Origin: Myxococcota bacterium
Lineage (GTDB): Bacteria; Myxococcota_A; UBA9160; UBA4427
DNA length: 64,000 nucleotides
Direction of reading: 5' to 3'
Assembly: GCA_965250285.1 (NCBI GenBank)
Contig: OZ252299.1
Location: forward strand, 5,184,001-5,248,000
Below are positions 56,391 to 64,000 of the stretch, piece by piece; the first letter of the stretch is position 1; every line of letters starts with the position of its first letter. The notes under the pieces are model-generated. The model made no database searches, was not told the DNA's origin, and saw nothing but the letters and a program-made list of their open reading frames with translations. A program made the translations under genes and the position numbers.

Positions 56391-58213
56391 GCTCCCTCGC
56401 CGCGGGCGCGCTCGGCGCGAAGGGCCTTCGTCGCGGCTTCGTCGACCGCCAGGTTCCAGTCGTCGAAGCTGCCTTCGATCACGACGCCATAGCGCGTTCG
56501 AGCGGCTTCGATGCTCACATACTCGTCGAGCACGTCTTCGAGCACCGCCGCCGGATCGCGGCGGAGCGGATCGCCGTAGCCGCCTCCGCCGCCGTACTGG
56601 TACGCCGTCACGGCACCGGCCGGCAGCGGCGCCTGGATCGCGTTCTCGACCTCGTACTCGTTCTCGGTGCCCTGCTCGTAGAGCAGCGAGTAGGGGCTGC
56701 CATCGTCCCCGCCCGCGAGGCCGCGCAGGGGATGCTTGCGCGAGACCATCCAGCTGACGCCGGTGGCTTCGGCCAGCACCTGCTTCACGTTCAGCGTGCC
56801 GGGCTGGCCTCGCCACTGGCCGGCGCCGCCAGTATCGGTCGTCATCTCACGGCTGATGTTGAGCACGGGCAGGCGGCTCTCGGCGTCTTCGGCCTCGGCG
56901 AGATAGAGGTTGCCGAGCCCGCTGCACATCGAGCCCCAGCCATCGATGCCCTGGGCGGCCGACGCATCGCTCGAGCGCACGTCGACACCCTGATCCATCC
57001 ACATCATGCCGGTCTCATCGAAACCGAGCACCGTATTGGGCATGCCAAGCTTGTAGACCTGCGGCGAAGACCGTTCGGGCAGGATGTCGGCAAGCGCGAT
57101 GCAGATCGCCTCGCCGATCTCGACCGCCGGGTGGAAGGCGCCGAGCGCCGCCGGCTTGTTCGGCGGGGGTTGCAGGATCGAGCCTTCGGGAATGATCATG
57201 TCGACCGCGTTGAAGAGGCCTTCGTTCTTGACGATCGCCGGGTCGACCATCGAGGCCAGCTGGGCCATCGCGTAGCCTCGGCTGTTGCTGAACGTGTTCC
57301 AGACGCAGACGAGCTCGGGGCGTGCGTCGCTGCCGGTCATGTCGATGGTGAGCGCATCGCCATCGACGACGCACGCGACGTGCACGTGAACGTCTTCGTT
57401 GCCGACGGTGTCGTGGTCGATCCAGACGTCGGCCTCGTAGGTGCCGTCGGGCCAGCGAGCGACCTCTTCGCGAAATCGTCGCTCGGTCTCGTCGACGTTC
57501 CAGTTGATCGCCGCCCGAACGACGTCGGCGCCCCATTTCGCGTTCAGCTCGCCGAGCAGGCGCGCCCCGAGCTGCGAGCCCGAGATCATCGCGGCCAGGT
57601 CGCCCTCGAACGATGGGAAGCGGTTGTTGCGCACGATCATGTCGATCACGTCGCGCCGCGGCTCGCCGCGATGTACGAGCTTGATCCGAGGGATCGGCAT
57701 GCCCTCGGCGAACAGCTCCATCGCGTCGACGGAGAACCCGCCGGGGTCCTTGCCGCCGGTATCGCCCTGGTGCGCCTGCAGCGCGCTGATCGTGACCAGC
57801 TGGCCAGCGTCATCGAAGACGGGGGTATAGACGGTGTAGTCGGGGAGGTGACCGCCGCCATGGTCGGGATCATTGCCGACGAACACATCCCCCGGTCCCC
57901 AGTCGTCGGTCTCGTAGTGCTCGAGGCCCCAACGCACCGCGAGCGGCGAGATGAAGAGCAGCTGAGGGATGCCCACCGAGAGGCCGGCCAGGCGCCCGTT
58001 CGCGTCGATGATCGAGGCGTTGCGCTCGTTCGACTGGTTGATGATCGCCGACGAGGCCGCGCGACCGAGGTGGGTCGCGCTCTCGTAACAGATCGTCTCG
58101 AAGGCGCCGCGAATGATGCCGGCCGTGACGGCGTCGACCTCGGCCTCGGTCGGCAGCGCGGCGCGGGGCGCGACGAGCCGGCGGTTCACCTCGAAGGGGT
58201 CGGCGAGGGACAT
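56387..58213 (-). CDS. Hydantoinase B / oxoprolinase family subunit
   Basis: GDVFVGNDPDHGGGHLPD, HQGDTGG, PDGTY, GGAGQWRG, GGGGYGDPLRR. Confidence 0.95.
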   Translation of the reverse strand: MSLADPFEVNRRLVAPRAALPTEAEVDAVTAGIIRGAFETICYESATHLGRAASSAIINQSNERNASIIDANGRLAGLSVGIPQLLFISPLAVRWGLEHYETDDWGPGDVFVGNDPDHGGGHLPDYTVYTPVFDDAGQLVTISALQAHQGDTGGKDPGGFSVDAMELFAEGMPIPRIKLVHRGEPRRDVIDMIVRNNRFPSFEGDLAAMISGSQLGARLLGELNAKWGADVVRAAINWNVDETERRFREEVARWPDGTYEADVWIDHDTVGNEDVHVHVACVVDGDALTIDMTGSDARPELVCVWNTFSNSRGYAMAQLASMVDPAIVKNEGLFNAVDMIIPEGSILQPPPNKPAALGAFHPAVEIGEAICIALADILPERSSPQVYKLGMPNTVLGFDETGMMWMDQGVDVRSSDASAAQGIDGWGSMCSGLGNLYLAEAEDAESRLPVLNISREMTTDTGGAGQWRGQPGTLNVKQVLAEATGVSWMVSRKHPLRGLAGGDDGSPYSLLYEQGTENEYEVENAIQAPLPAGAVTAYQYGGGGGYGDPLRRDPAAVLEDVLDEYVSIEAARTRYGVVIEGSFDDWNLAVDEAATKALRAERARGEGA

Positions 58214-58299
58214 GACGGGCCTCCCGGGCCGGCGGCCCGTTGGGATTTGACGGTCCGTCAGATCCTATCGGGCGGTGCGTTGGGGCGTCAATTCTGATC

Positions 58300-58549
58300 T
58301 CGGGCCTGGGTGCCCGGGTCGGCTTTTCGGGGGTGTCGTCCTCAGATTCCGGCTCGCTGGCTTTACGGGGATGGGGCGTTTTCGCTCGGAGCGGGGGTGC
58401 GGTGGCGCTTTGGCGCCCGCAAGTCGAAGGCGGGCCAGCCCTCGCAAGACGCCCCGCCCAAAACGCAAACGGGCCGACTCCGTAGAGCCGGCCCGCCTGA
58501 GTCTGAGGACGACACCCCCGAAAACGCGACCCGGGCAACCCACCCCCGA
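58300..58549. repeat. Dispersed inverted-repeat element, copy C
   Basis: ~43-bp imperfect terminal IR 58307-58349 / 58499-58542 containing TTTTCGGGGGTGTCGTCCTCAGA; internal GGCGCCCGCAA. Confidence 0.85.
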
Positions 58550-58569
58550 AGCGTCTCAAGGGTGCGCGA

Positions 58570-59505
58570 TCAGAAGTTGTAGGTGAGACCGCCGAAGTAC
58601 TGCAGGTTGTTGTTCTCGTTGCGCAGGTTCGGGGCGACGGGGATTGTGACCTGGTTGCGGTACTCGTTCTTGAGGCCGGCGTTGAGCGCCAGGCCGTCGA
58701 GCCAACCGAGCGAGACCTCGTAGACCGCGTTCGAGATGACGCGGAAGTCCTTCCAGCGCTCGAAGTCGGCGTAGTAGTAGGTATCCGCGCGGATGACCTG
58801 GCCTTCCATGATGTTCCAACGGAAGTCCATGCCCGTCGTGAATTCGCCGATCGCATCGTCGATCACGCCGCCCTGGTAGTTGACGCCGGCACCGAGGTTC
58901 CAGAGCCAGAGGATGGTGTCGTTGTTGTAGATCTCCCAACCGGCACCGCCCTGGCCCGTGAAACGATTCTCGAAGTCCTGGAACTCGTCGTAGTCGTACC
59001 GCGCGTTGACCCAGAGATAGAAGGGTGAGTCGCCGAAGATCAGAAAGTCTTGCCGATAGTCGACGAAGGCGTTGTTCGTCGTCTTGATCTTCGTCGCTTC
59101 GGTCACGGCGCGCTGGTTCGCGAAGAAGTACTGCCCACGGAACCGGGCGCGGTACCACTTGCCCTCGCCAAAGAGCCGGGCGCCGGCGTTGATGCCGATG
59201 CTGTCACTGTTGCCCGACGACCCGTTGAAGCCGAACTCGACCGAGCGGTCCCAGCCCTTCAGGAAGTCCGTGCCGAAGAGGCCCGGGTTCGGCGGCTCTT
59301 CCTTCTTGATCGAGCTCTTCGGGATCGTCATCTCGCCGAAGACCGGGTGCTTGACGACGATCTCGGTGTCGGTCTCCTTGACGACCTCACCCTCGAACTT
59401 GTCGCCGTTCTCGAGCTCGAACGTGTCGGCGAAGCTCTGTGTGCCGATCAGCACGAGGCCGATGACGCACGCCGCCGCGCGCAGCCACGTGTTTGTTCTC
59501 ACCAT
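58570..59505 (-). CDS. DUF481-family outer-membrane beta-barrel
   Basis: Signal peptide (SFA-D), LENGDKFEG N domain, GSSGNSD, YDYDEFQDF and terminal GLTYNF; GGAG RBS. Confidence 0.85.
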   Translation of the reverse strand: MVRTNTWLRAAACVIGLVLIGTQSFADTFELENGDKFEGEVVKETDTEIVVKHPVFGEMTIPKSSIKKEEPPNPGLFGTDFLKGWDRSVEFGFNGSSGNSDSIGINAGARLFGEGKWYRARFRGQYFFANQRAVTEATKIKTTNNAFVDYRQDFLIFGDSPFYLWVNARYDYDEFQDFENRFTGQGGAGWEIYNNDTILWLWNLGAGVNYQGGVIDDAIGEFTTGMDFRWNIMEGQVIRADTYYYADFERWKDFRVISNAVYEVSLGWLDGLALNAGLKNEYRNQVTIPVAPNLRNENNNLQYFGGLTYNF

Positions 59506-59613
59506 GGTTCTCCTCCCCCCGTTCGCGCGAAGGCGATCGCGCGATGTCTTGATCTTCGCGCGCCCCGCCGCGTCGTGCAGCGGGGCGCGCGTGGTTCACT
59601 CGCGAGAAGCGGC

Positions 59614-60459
59614 CTAGGCCGATTTCGGCATGTCGATCACGTGCACGTCGCGCTGCGGATAGGGGATCGAGCAGCCCGAGGCCTCGATGCCCTCCTTGAG
59701 CGCGCGCATCAGGGCGAATCGCGTGGGCCAGTAGTTGCCGCCGTTCACCCAGGGGCGCACGACGAGGTTCACCGAGTTGTCGCCGAGCTCTGCGACTTCA
59801 ATGGTGGGTGCCGGATCGGCGAGCACGTTCTCGTTGGCCTTCACGACCTTCTCGATGGCATCGATGGCGACGCCGATGTCGTCGCCGTAGCCGATGCCCA
59901 TCACGAGGTCGATGCGGCGATTCTCGTTGGCCGAGTAGTTCTTGATGATGTCGCCATAGATGGCGGTGTTCGGGCAGATGATCTTCACGTTGTCGCCGGT
60001 GTGGATGGTCGTCGTGAAGATGCCGATCTCCTGAACCGCACCCGCGACGCCGGCCACCTCGACCCAGTCGCCGATGTGGATGGGGCGGAACACGAGCAAC
60101 ATCGTACCGGCCGCGAAATTCGACAGCGTGCCCTGCAGCGCGAGGCCAACGGCCAGACCGGCGGCACCCATGACGGCGACGAGGCTCGTGGTCTCGATGC
60201 CGAAGAGGTTCAGCACCGCGATGATCACGACGGTCAGGGCACCGTAGTAGGCCATGCTGCTGATGAAGGGCACGAGCGCGGCGTCGGTGTTGCCGCGTTC
60301 GAGCGCCTTCTTGATGCTGCTGCGGATCATGCCGGCCACCATGCGACCGATGATCAGAACGGCGATGGCGCCGATGACGGAGAGCCCCCACGTCGAAATC
60401 AGTTCGATCGCGGCCTCCATGGCCTCGGCTGCGGATTCGTTCATCTGGGCGGGATCCAT
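59614..60459 (-). CDS. mscS: Small-conductance mechanosensitive channel
   Basis: GAAGLAVGLALQGTLSNFAAG, FRPIHIGDWVE, PN...NYS, RRIDLVMGIGY, IPYPQRDVH; AGGAG RBS. Confidence 0.95.
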   Translation of the reverse strand: MDPAQMNESAAEAMEAAIELISTWGLSVIGAIAVLIIGRMVAGMIRSSIKKALERGNTDAALVPFISSMAYYGALTVVIIAVLNLFGIETTSLVAVMGAAGLAVGLALQGTLSNFAAGTMLLVFRPIHIGDWVEVAGVAGAVQEIGIFTTTIHTGDNVKIICPNTAIYGDIIKNYSANENRRIDLVMGIGYGDDIGVAIDAIEKVVKANENVLADPAPTIEVAELGDNSVNLVVRPWVNGGNYWPTRFALMRALKEGIEASGCSIPYPQRDVHVIDMPKSA

Positions 60460-60789
60460 TTCGGACTCCTCAAAAGTCTGTGGCCATTCTTTGGCCGTTG
60501 GGCGCACCCCGCCCGGCGCGGATCTCGCTCGCGATCTCCGAGCATGCACGCGCGCATGCACTGGGTGGAGGACGGGGGCGGGGGGCCAGGGGGGATTTCG
60601 TGAGCCCGGATTCTTGCGTTTCGACTCGGCGGTTGCCAGATCTGTGTAGGGTTTAGACCTGAATCCACCTCGAGACCGCTGTCCAGGTTTCGAGCGTGCA
60701 CACGGCTGACTCGGCGTCCTCTTGGCGCTGTCGCTTTGGGACGCGTTCGATTCCTCAATGCGGCTGGGCACCTGCCGCGACGCGGGCTC

Positions 60790-61317
60790 TTACAGGCCGA
60801 TGGGGCCGAAGCACTCCAACCGGTGAAAGTCGGGCGCCTCGCCGGGGACGGGGTGCAGCGCCAGATAGCGCCGCGTCGCCTCGACGCCATGGATCGCATA
60901 CGCGTTGCCGAGGCCGATCGGCGCAGGGATCCAATCGAGCGGCACCCGGGCACGCCCGGTCCAGCCGATCTGCCCGCGCTGCACCTCGTAGTCGAGGGCG
61001 TGCCCGCTCGCGACGACGTTGCGCTGTCCCGCCAGCTCGAGCACGAGATAGTGGCCCCAGGGTCCGAGCTCGATCTCGAGGTAGCGGTCGTCGTCGCCCA
61101 GCAGGAACAACTCGACGACTTCGTGGTTCCAGAGCCCGTCGCACGAGCCCTCGGGCGCGTCGGGCGGCGGATCTCGGTGAAGCGGAGCCGCGACGTCGAT
61201 CGCGAGGCCGTCGCCGCTCAGCGTGAGGTCGATCCGCACCGTCTCTTCGGTTGCGATTCGATGCCCGCGCCAGTCGTGCACGATCTCGAGGCCGCTGCTT
61301 CTCGATGCTTCGCTCAC
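60790..61317 (-). CDS. UPF0462/C4orf33-like (DOMON-like) protein
   Basis: LWNHEVVELF, YLEIELGPWGHYLVL, NAYAIHG, PDFHRLECF; GTG at 61317 with GGGAG upstream. Confidence 0.75.
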   Translation of the reverse strand: MSEASRSSGLEIVHDWRGHRIATEETVRIDLTLSGDGLAIDVAAPLHRDPPPDAPEGSCDGLWNHEVVELFLLGDDDRYLEIELGPWGHYLVLELAGQRNVVASGHALDYEVQRGQIGWTGRARVPLDWIPAPIGLGNAYAIHGVEATRRYLALHPVPGEAPDFHRLECFGPIGL

Positions 61318-61450
61318 GACAGTGCGTGCTCCCGACTCGTTCGCCGACGTGATGAGTGCGTCGGTGGTGCAGGCGTCACGATCGGATCGCCGATCGAATT
61401 GCCGCGCCGAGGTGGTTGCCACGGCGGGGTTCGCCGTCGACATTCTGCCC

Positions 61451-62509
61451 ATGTCCGCCGCCGCTGGCCACGACCCCGGGTTCCTCGCGCGACTCGCCGC
61501 CGCTTGGGGCGAGCTCGAGGCGCCGCAGCTCACCCTGCTCTCGGGTGGGCTGCTGCACCGCACCTGGGCCGTCGCCGACCGGTCGGGTGACTACATCCTG
61601 CAGCGCGTCGCCGATGTGTTCGACCCGGCGGTGCACGCAAACGTCGAAGCCGTCACCGCCTACCTGGCCGCGCGAGGGGAGCCCACGCCGCGTCTGCTGC
61701 GAACCGTCGAAGGCGAGCTGCTGTGGCGGGATGACGGGGCCGATCACCGATTGATGACGCGCGTGCCCGGGCGGGCCTACGAGACGTGTCCATCGCCCGA
61801 CACGGCCCGGTCGGCTGCAGCGCTGATGGCGCGATTTCATTCGGCGCTCGCCGATTTCGCCGCGCCGCTTGCCGAGCTGGGGTTTGCCTACCGCGAGCCT
61901 GAGGTGTCGTTCGAGGCCTTCGATGCGGCGATCGCTCAGCGGGGCGACCACCCCCTGCATGCGGACGCCGTCGCGCTCGCGGGTCGCATCGCCGCAGCCC
62001 GCGCCGAGTGGCCTGCGCTCGGCGAGCTGCCCGTGCGCGTGATCCACGGCGACCTGAAATTCAACAACGTGCTCTTCGTCGACGACGCGACCGGGGCGAG
62101 CGCGGCCCATGTGCTGGTCGATCTCGACACGGTGCTGCGCCGCCCGCTCTATCACGACCTCGGCGATGCCTGGCGCTCGTGGTGCAATCGCCGCCCCGAG
62201 GACGATCCCGAGGCCGAGTTCGACGTCGATCTCTTTGCAGCCGCGGCCGGCGGCTATGTCGAAGCGCTGGGGTTCTCACCCACGGACGCCGAGCGGCGCT
62301 CGTTCGCGTGGGCCATCGAGCGGCTGGCGATCGAGCTCTCGGCGCGCTTCGCGACCGACGCGCTCGAGGAGCGGTGGTTCGGGTGGGACGACATGCGCTT
62401 CGACCGCTCGGGCGAGCATCAGCTGCTGCGCGCGCGTGGCCAGCTCGACCTCTACGAGCAGGTGCGGGCCGCGCGGTCGACGATCTCGTCGATCATCGAC
62501 CGCACCTAG
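61451..62509 (+). CDS. APH/choline-kinase superfamily phosphotransferase (N-acetylhexosamine-kinase-like)
   Basis: GGLLHRT, YILQR, ARFH, RVIHGDLKFNNVLF, VDLDTV, DLGDAWRS, RARGQL. Confidence 0.88.
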   Translation: MSAAAGHDPGFLARLAAAWGELEAPQLTLLSGGLLHRTWAVADRSGDYILQRVADVFDPAVHANVEAVTAYLAARGEPTPRLLRTVEGELLWRDDGADHRLMTRVPGRAYETCPSPDTARSAAALMARFHSALADFAAPLAELGFAYREPEVSFEAFDAAIAQRGDHPLHADAVALAGRIAAARAEWPALGELPVRVIHGDLKFNNVLFVDDATGASAAHVLVDLDTVLRRPLYHDLGDAWRSWCNRRPEDDPEAEFDVDLFAAAAGGYVEALGFSPTDAERRSFAWAIERLAIELSARFATDALEERWFGWDDMRFDRSGEHQLLRARGQLDLYEQVRAARSTISSIIDRT

Positions 62510-63270
62510 TCTTCGTCTTCGGCGGCCTTCTTGTGAACGCTCTGCTTGCGATACGCCTCGGCCGCGTAGTCGATCACCGCGTTGGCCTGGGCGCGCGAAC
62601 CCGTACCGAGCATCTGCACGTCGGTCGTCCCATGGACGTTGCCGAACCAGAGGCGCAGGATCTCCGACACGCCGGGGTAGCGATCGTCGAGACTCTCGAT
62701 GTCGGTCACGCCCTTGAAGTTCGAGCCCTTCTCGATCGCGAGGATCTTGTCGTCCTGCTCGAAGCGGTCGACGACCCGCACCACGCCGATCGGGATCGCC
62801 TTGATCGTCGTGCCGCGTGGCACGGTGGTGCCGAGCACCATCACGTCGAGGGCCTGCCCGTCGCCGCCCTTCGATTCGTCGAGCACCGTGCGCGAGACGA
62901 AGCCGTAGTTGCCGGGGTACGGCAGGTAGTCGATCACCCGGGGCTCGCCGGTGTTGCGATCGTTCTGCCAGACCAGCTGGTGCGGGTCTTCGCCGAGCTC
63001 CCACTTCTCGTTGGTGCCGGCCGGGATCTCGATCACGACGTTGATCGTGCCGTCCTCGTTGCGAGCGCGCCGATTCGAGAGCAGGTTCTGCTTCGACTTG
63101 TACGTCTGGTCGTTGACGCGCTTGAGTCCCTTGGCGAAGAGGGGGTCTCCCTTGGCCCACGCCCCGGGCGCCAGCGCGAGGCCCGCGGCGCACGCGACGA
63201 GGACGGTGACGCAGATCGCGACCGCGTTCGGTCGACGGAGGGTGGGAAGGCGGCTTCGTTGCGGGGTCAT
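62506..63270 (-). CDS. Family I inorganic pyrophosphatase-like protein with signal peptide
   Basis: VVIEIPAGTNEKWE, YPGNYGFVSRT, GDGQALDV, EQDDKIL; N-terminal signal ending AWA-K. Confidence 0.85.
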   Translation of the reverse strand: MTPQRSRLPTLRRPNAVAICVTVLVACAAGLALAPGAWAKGDPLFAKGLKRVNDQTYKSKQNLLSNRRARNEDGTINVVIEIPAGTNEKWELGEDPHQLVWQNDRNTGEPRVIDYLPYPGNYGFVSRTVLDESKGGDGQALDVMVLGTTVPRGTTIKAIPIGVVRVVDRFEQDDKILAIEKGSNFKGVTDIESLDDRYPGVSEILRLWFGNVHGTTDVQMLGTGSRAQANAVIDYAAEAYRKQSVHKKAAEDED

Positions 63271-63470
63271 GAACGTCTCCAGCGCGCGCACTCGGCGGCG
63301 ATCGAGCCGGCACTCTACCAGCCCGCGCGCTTCGTCCCCAAGCACGGTTTCGGCAGCCGGTTGCTCGAGCGACCCGCGCTGCCTGACCTTCGACACCCCT
63401 CGGCCGCGCAGAGTGCCCTTGGCTCGGTCGCTACCATGGCATGATCGCACCGACGACGAGGCGACGTGAC

Positions 63471-64000
63471 ATGCCTGCACCGAGACGACCGGGCCGCGCT
63501 CGGGGCACGTTCTGCGCTCTGCTCGCGTTGCTTCCCGCGGCGACGCGGGCGCAGCCGTCGGTCGAGGCGTCGCCCCCTGACCCCGGGCTGCGCGAGATCC
63601 ACATGAATCGCGAATTCGAGGTGCTGAAGCTCGCGCCTTCGAACGACGATCCGCGCGCGCGCCTCGCGCTCGCCGCGCGCGAGCTCGGCGACTGGCGCAT
63701 CCATCTCGCCGGGGCACCGATCGACGGCCCGGTGCTCGCGCGCATCGCGGCCACCCCCGACGACGAGCCGCTGCTGAGGGCCGCGCGCGAAGAGCTGCGC
63801 CGCGCAGTCGAGATCGAAGACCTGCTCTACCTGCTCGACGACGTCCTCGTCGCGGGCCGTGCCGGGCACCGGGGCGAGGCGATCTGGATCTCGCCGGGGC
63901 GTGGCCGGCGGGTGGGCGTGCTCGTGGCGACCGACGAGGTGTGGGGCAGCGCAAAGCGCGCCTACGGGACAGAGCCCGGCTGGCTCGACGTCACCGAACC
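63471..64000 (+). CDS. Hypothetical exported protein; 3' end runs off the window
   Basis: Not in the track. Open frame from ATG 63441/63471: MPAPRRPGRARGTFCALLALLPAATRAQP...; no stop before the window end. Confidence 0.6.
   Translation, partial: MPAPRRPGRARGTFCALLALLPAATRAQPSVEASPPDPGLREIHMNREFEVLKLAPSNDDPRARLALAARELGDWRIHLAGAPIDGPVLARIAATPDDEPLLRAAREELRRAVEIEDLLYLLDDVLVAGRAGHRGEAIWISPGRGRRVGVLVATDEVWGSAKRAYGTEPGWLDVTE

Noticed and set aside
60600..60780. Possible riboswitch upstream of mscS (GGTCTAAACC resembles part of a c-di-GMP-I aptamer)
   Set aside because: I could not find the other conserved elements or pairing. An Rfam/Infernal scan would be needed.

Overview
This 64-kb window is gene-dense, GC-rich bacterial chromosome. 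A diderm envelope and the gene repertoire suggest a Myxococcota/deltaproteobacterial-type organism (inference). I find about 48 real CDS; most long ORFs in the track are antisense or shifted-frame shadows. I see no rRNA, tRNA, CRISPR array, transposase or phage genes. Layout: (1) housekeeping block: ileS (partial), recX, mutM, RqcH/NFACT. (2) A ~26-kb envelope glyco/lipid-modification locus (6046-31786): HpnN-like MMPL, two AlkP-superfamily lipoproteins, CrtR-like desaturase, three SAM methyltransferases, four GT-C glycosyltransferases, two Dpm1-like GT2, GT4, flippase-like protein, MBOAT+SGNH pair and a CDP-alcohol phosphotransferase. (3) An OM beta-barrel and an orphan GspD-like secretin with a SPOR-like tail. 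(4) The best candidate for an undescribed system (35283-46449): a dsbD-tlpA-DUF4266-DUF3570-apbE operon whose barrel carries two [ST]GA[ST] flavinylation motifs. It is transcribed divergently, across a near-perfect CRP-type palindrome, from three genes encoding two exported CxxCH proteins (one with a LamG domain) and a Tat-exported DUF1501-like protein. (5) Mixed metabolic and envelope genes, including a bacterial homologue of animal C4orf33 and an exported pyrophosphatase-like protein with an altered active site. Non-coding features include a dispersed inverted-repeat element (3 copies) and two tandem duplications of gene 3' ends. Family calls come from motif recognition by eye, not database searches.
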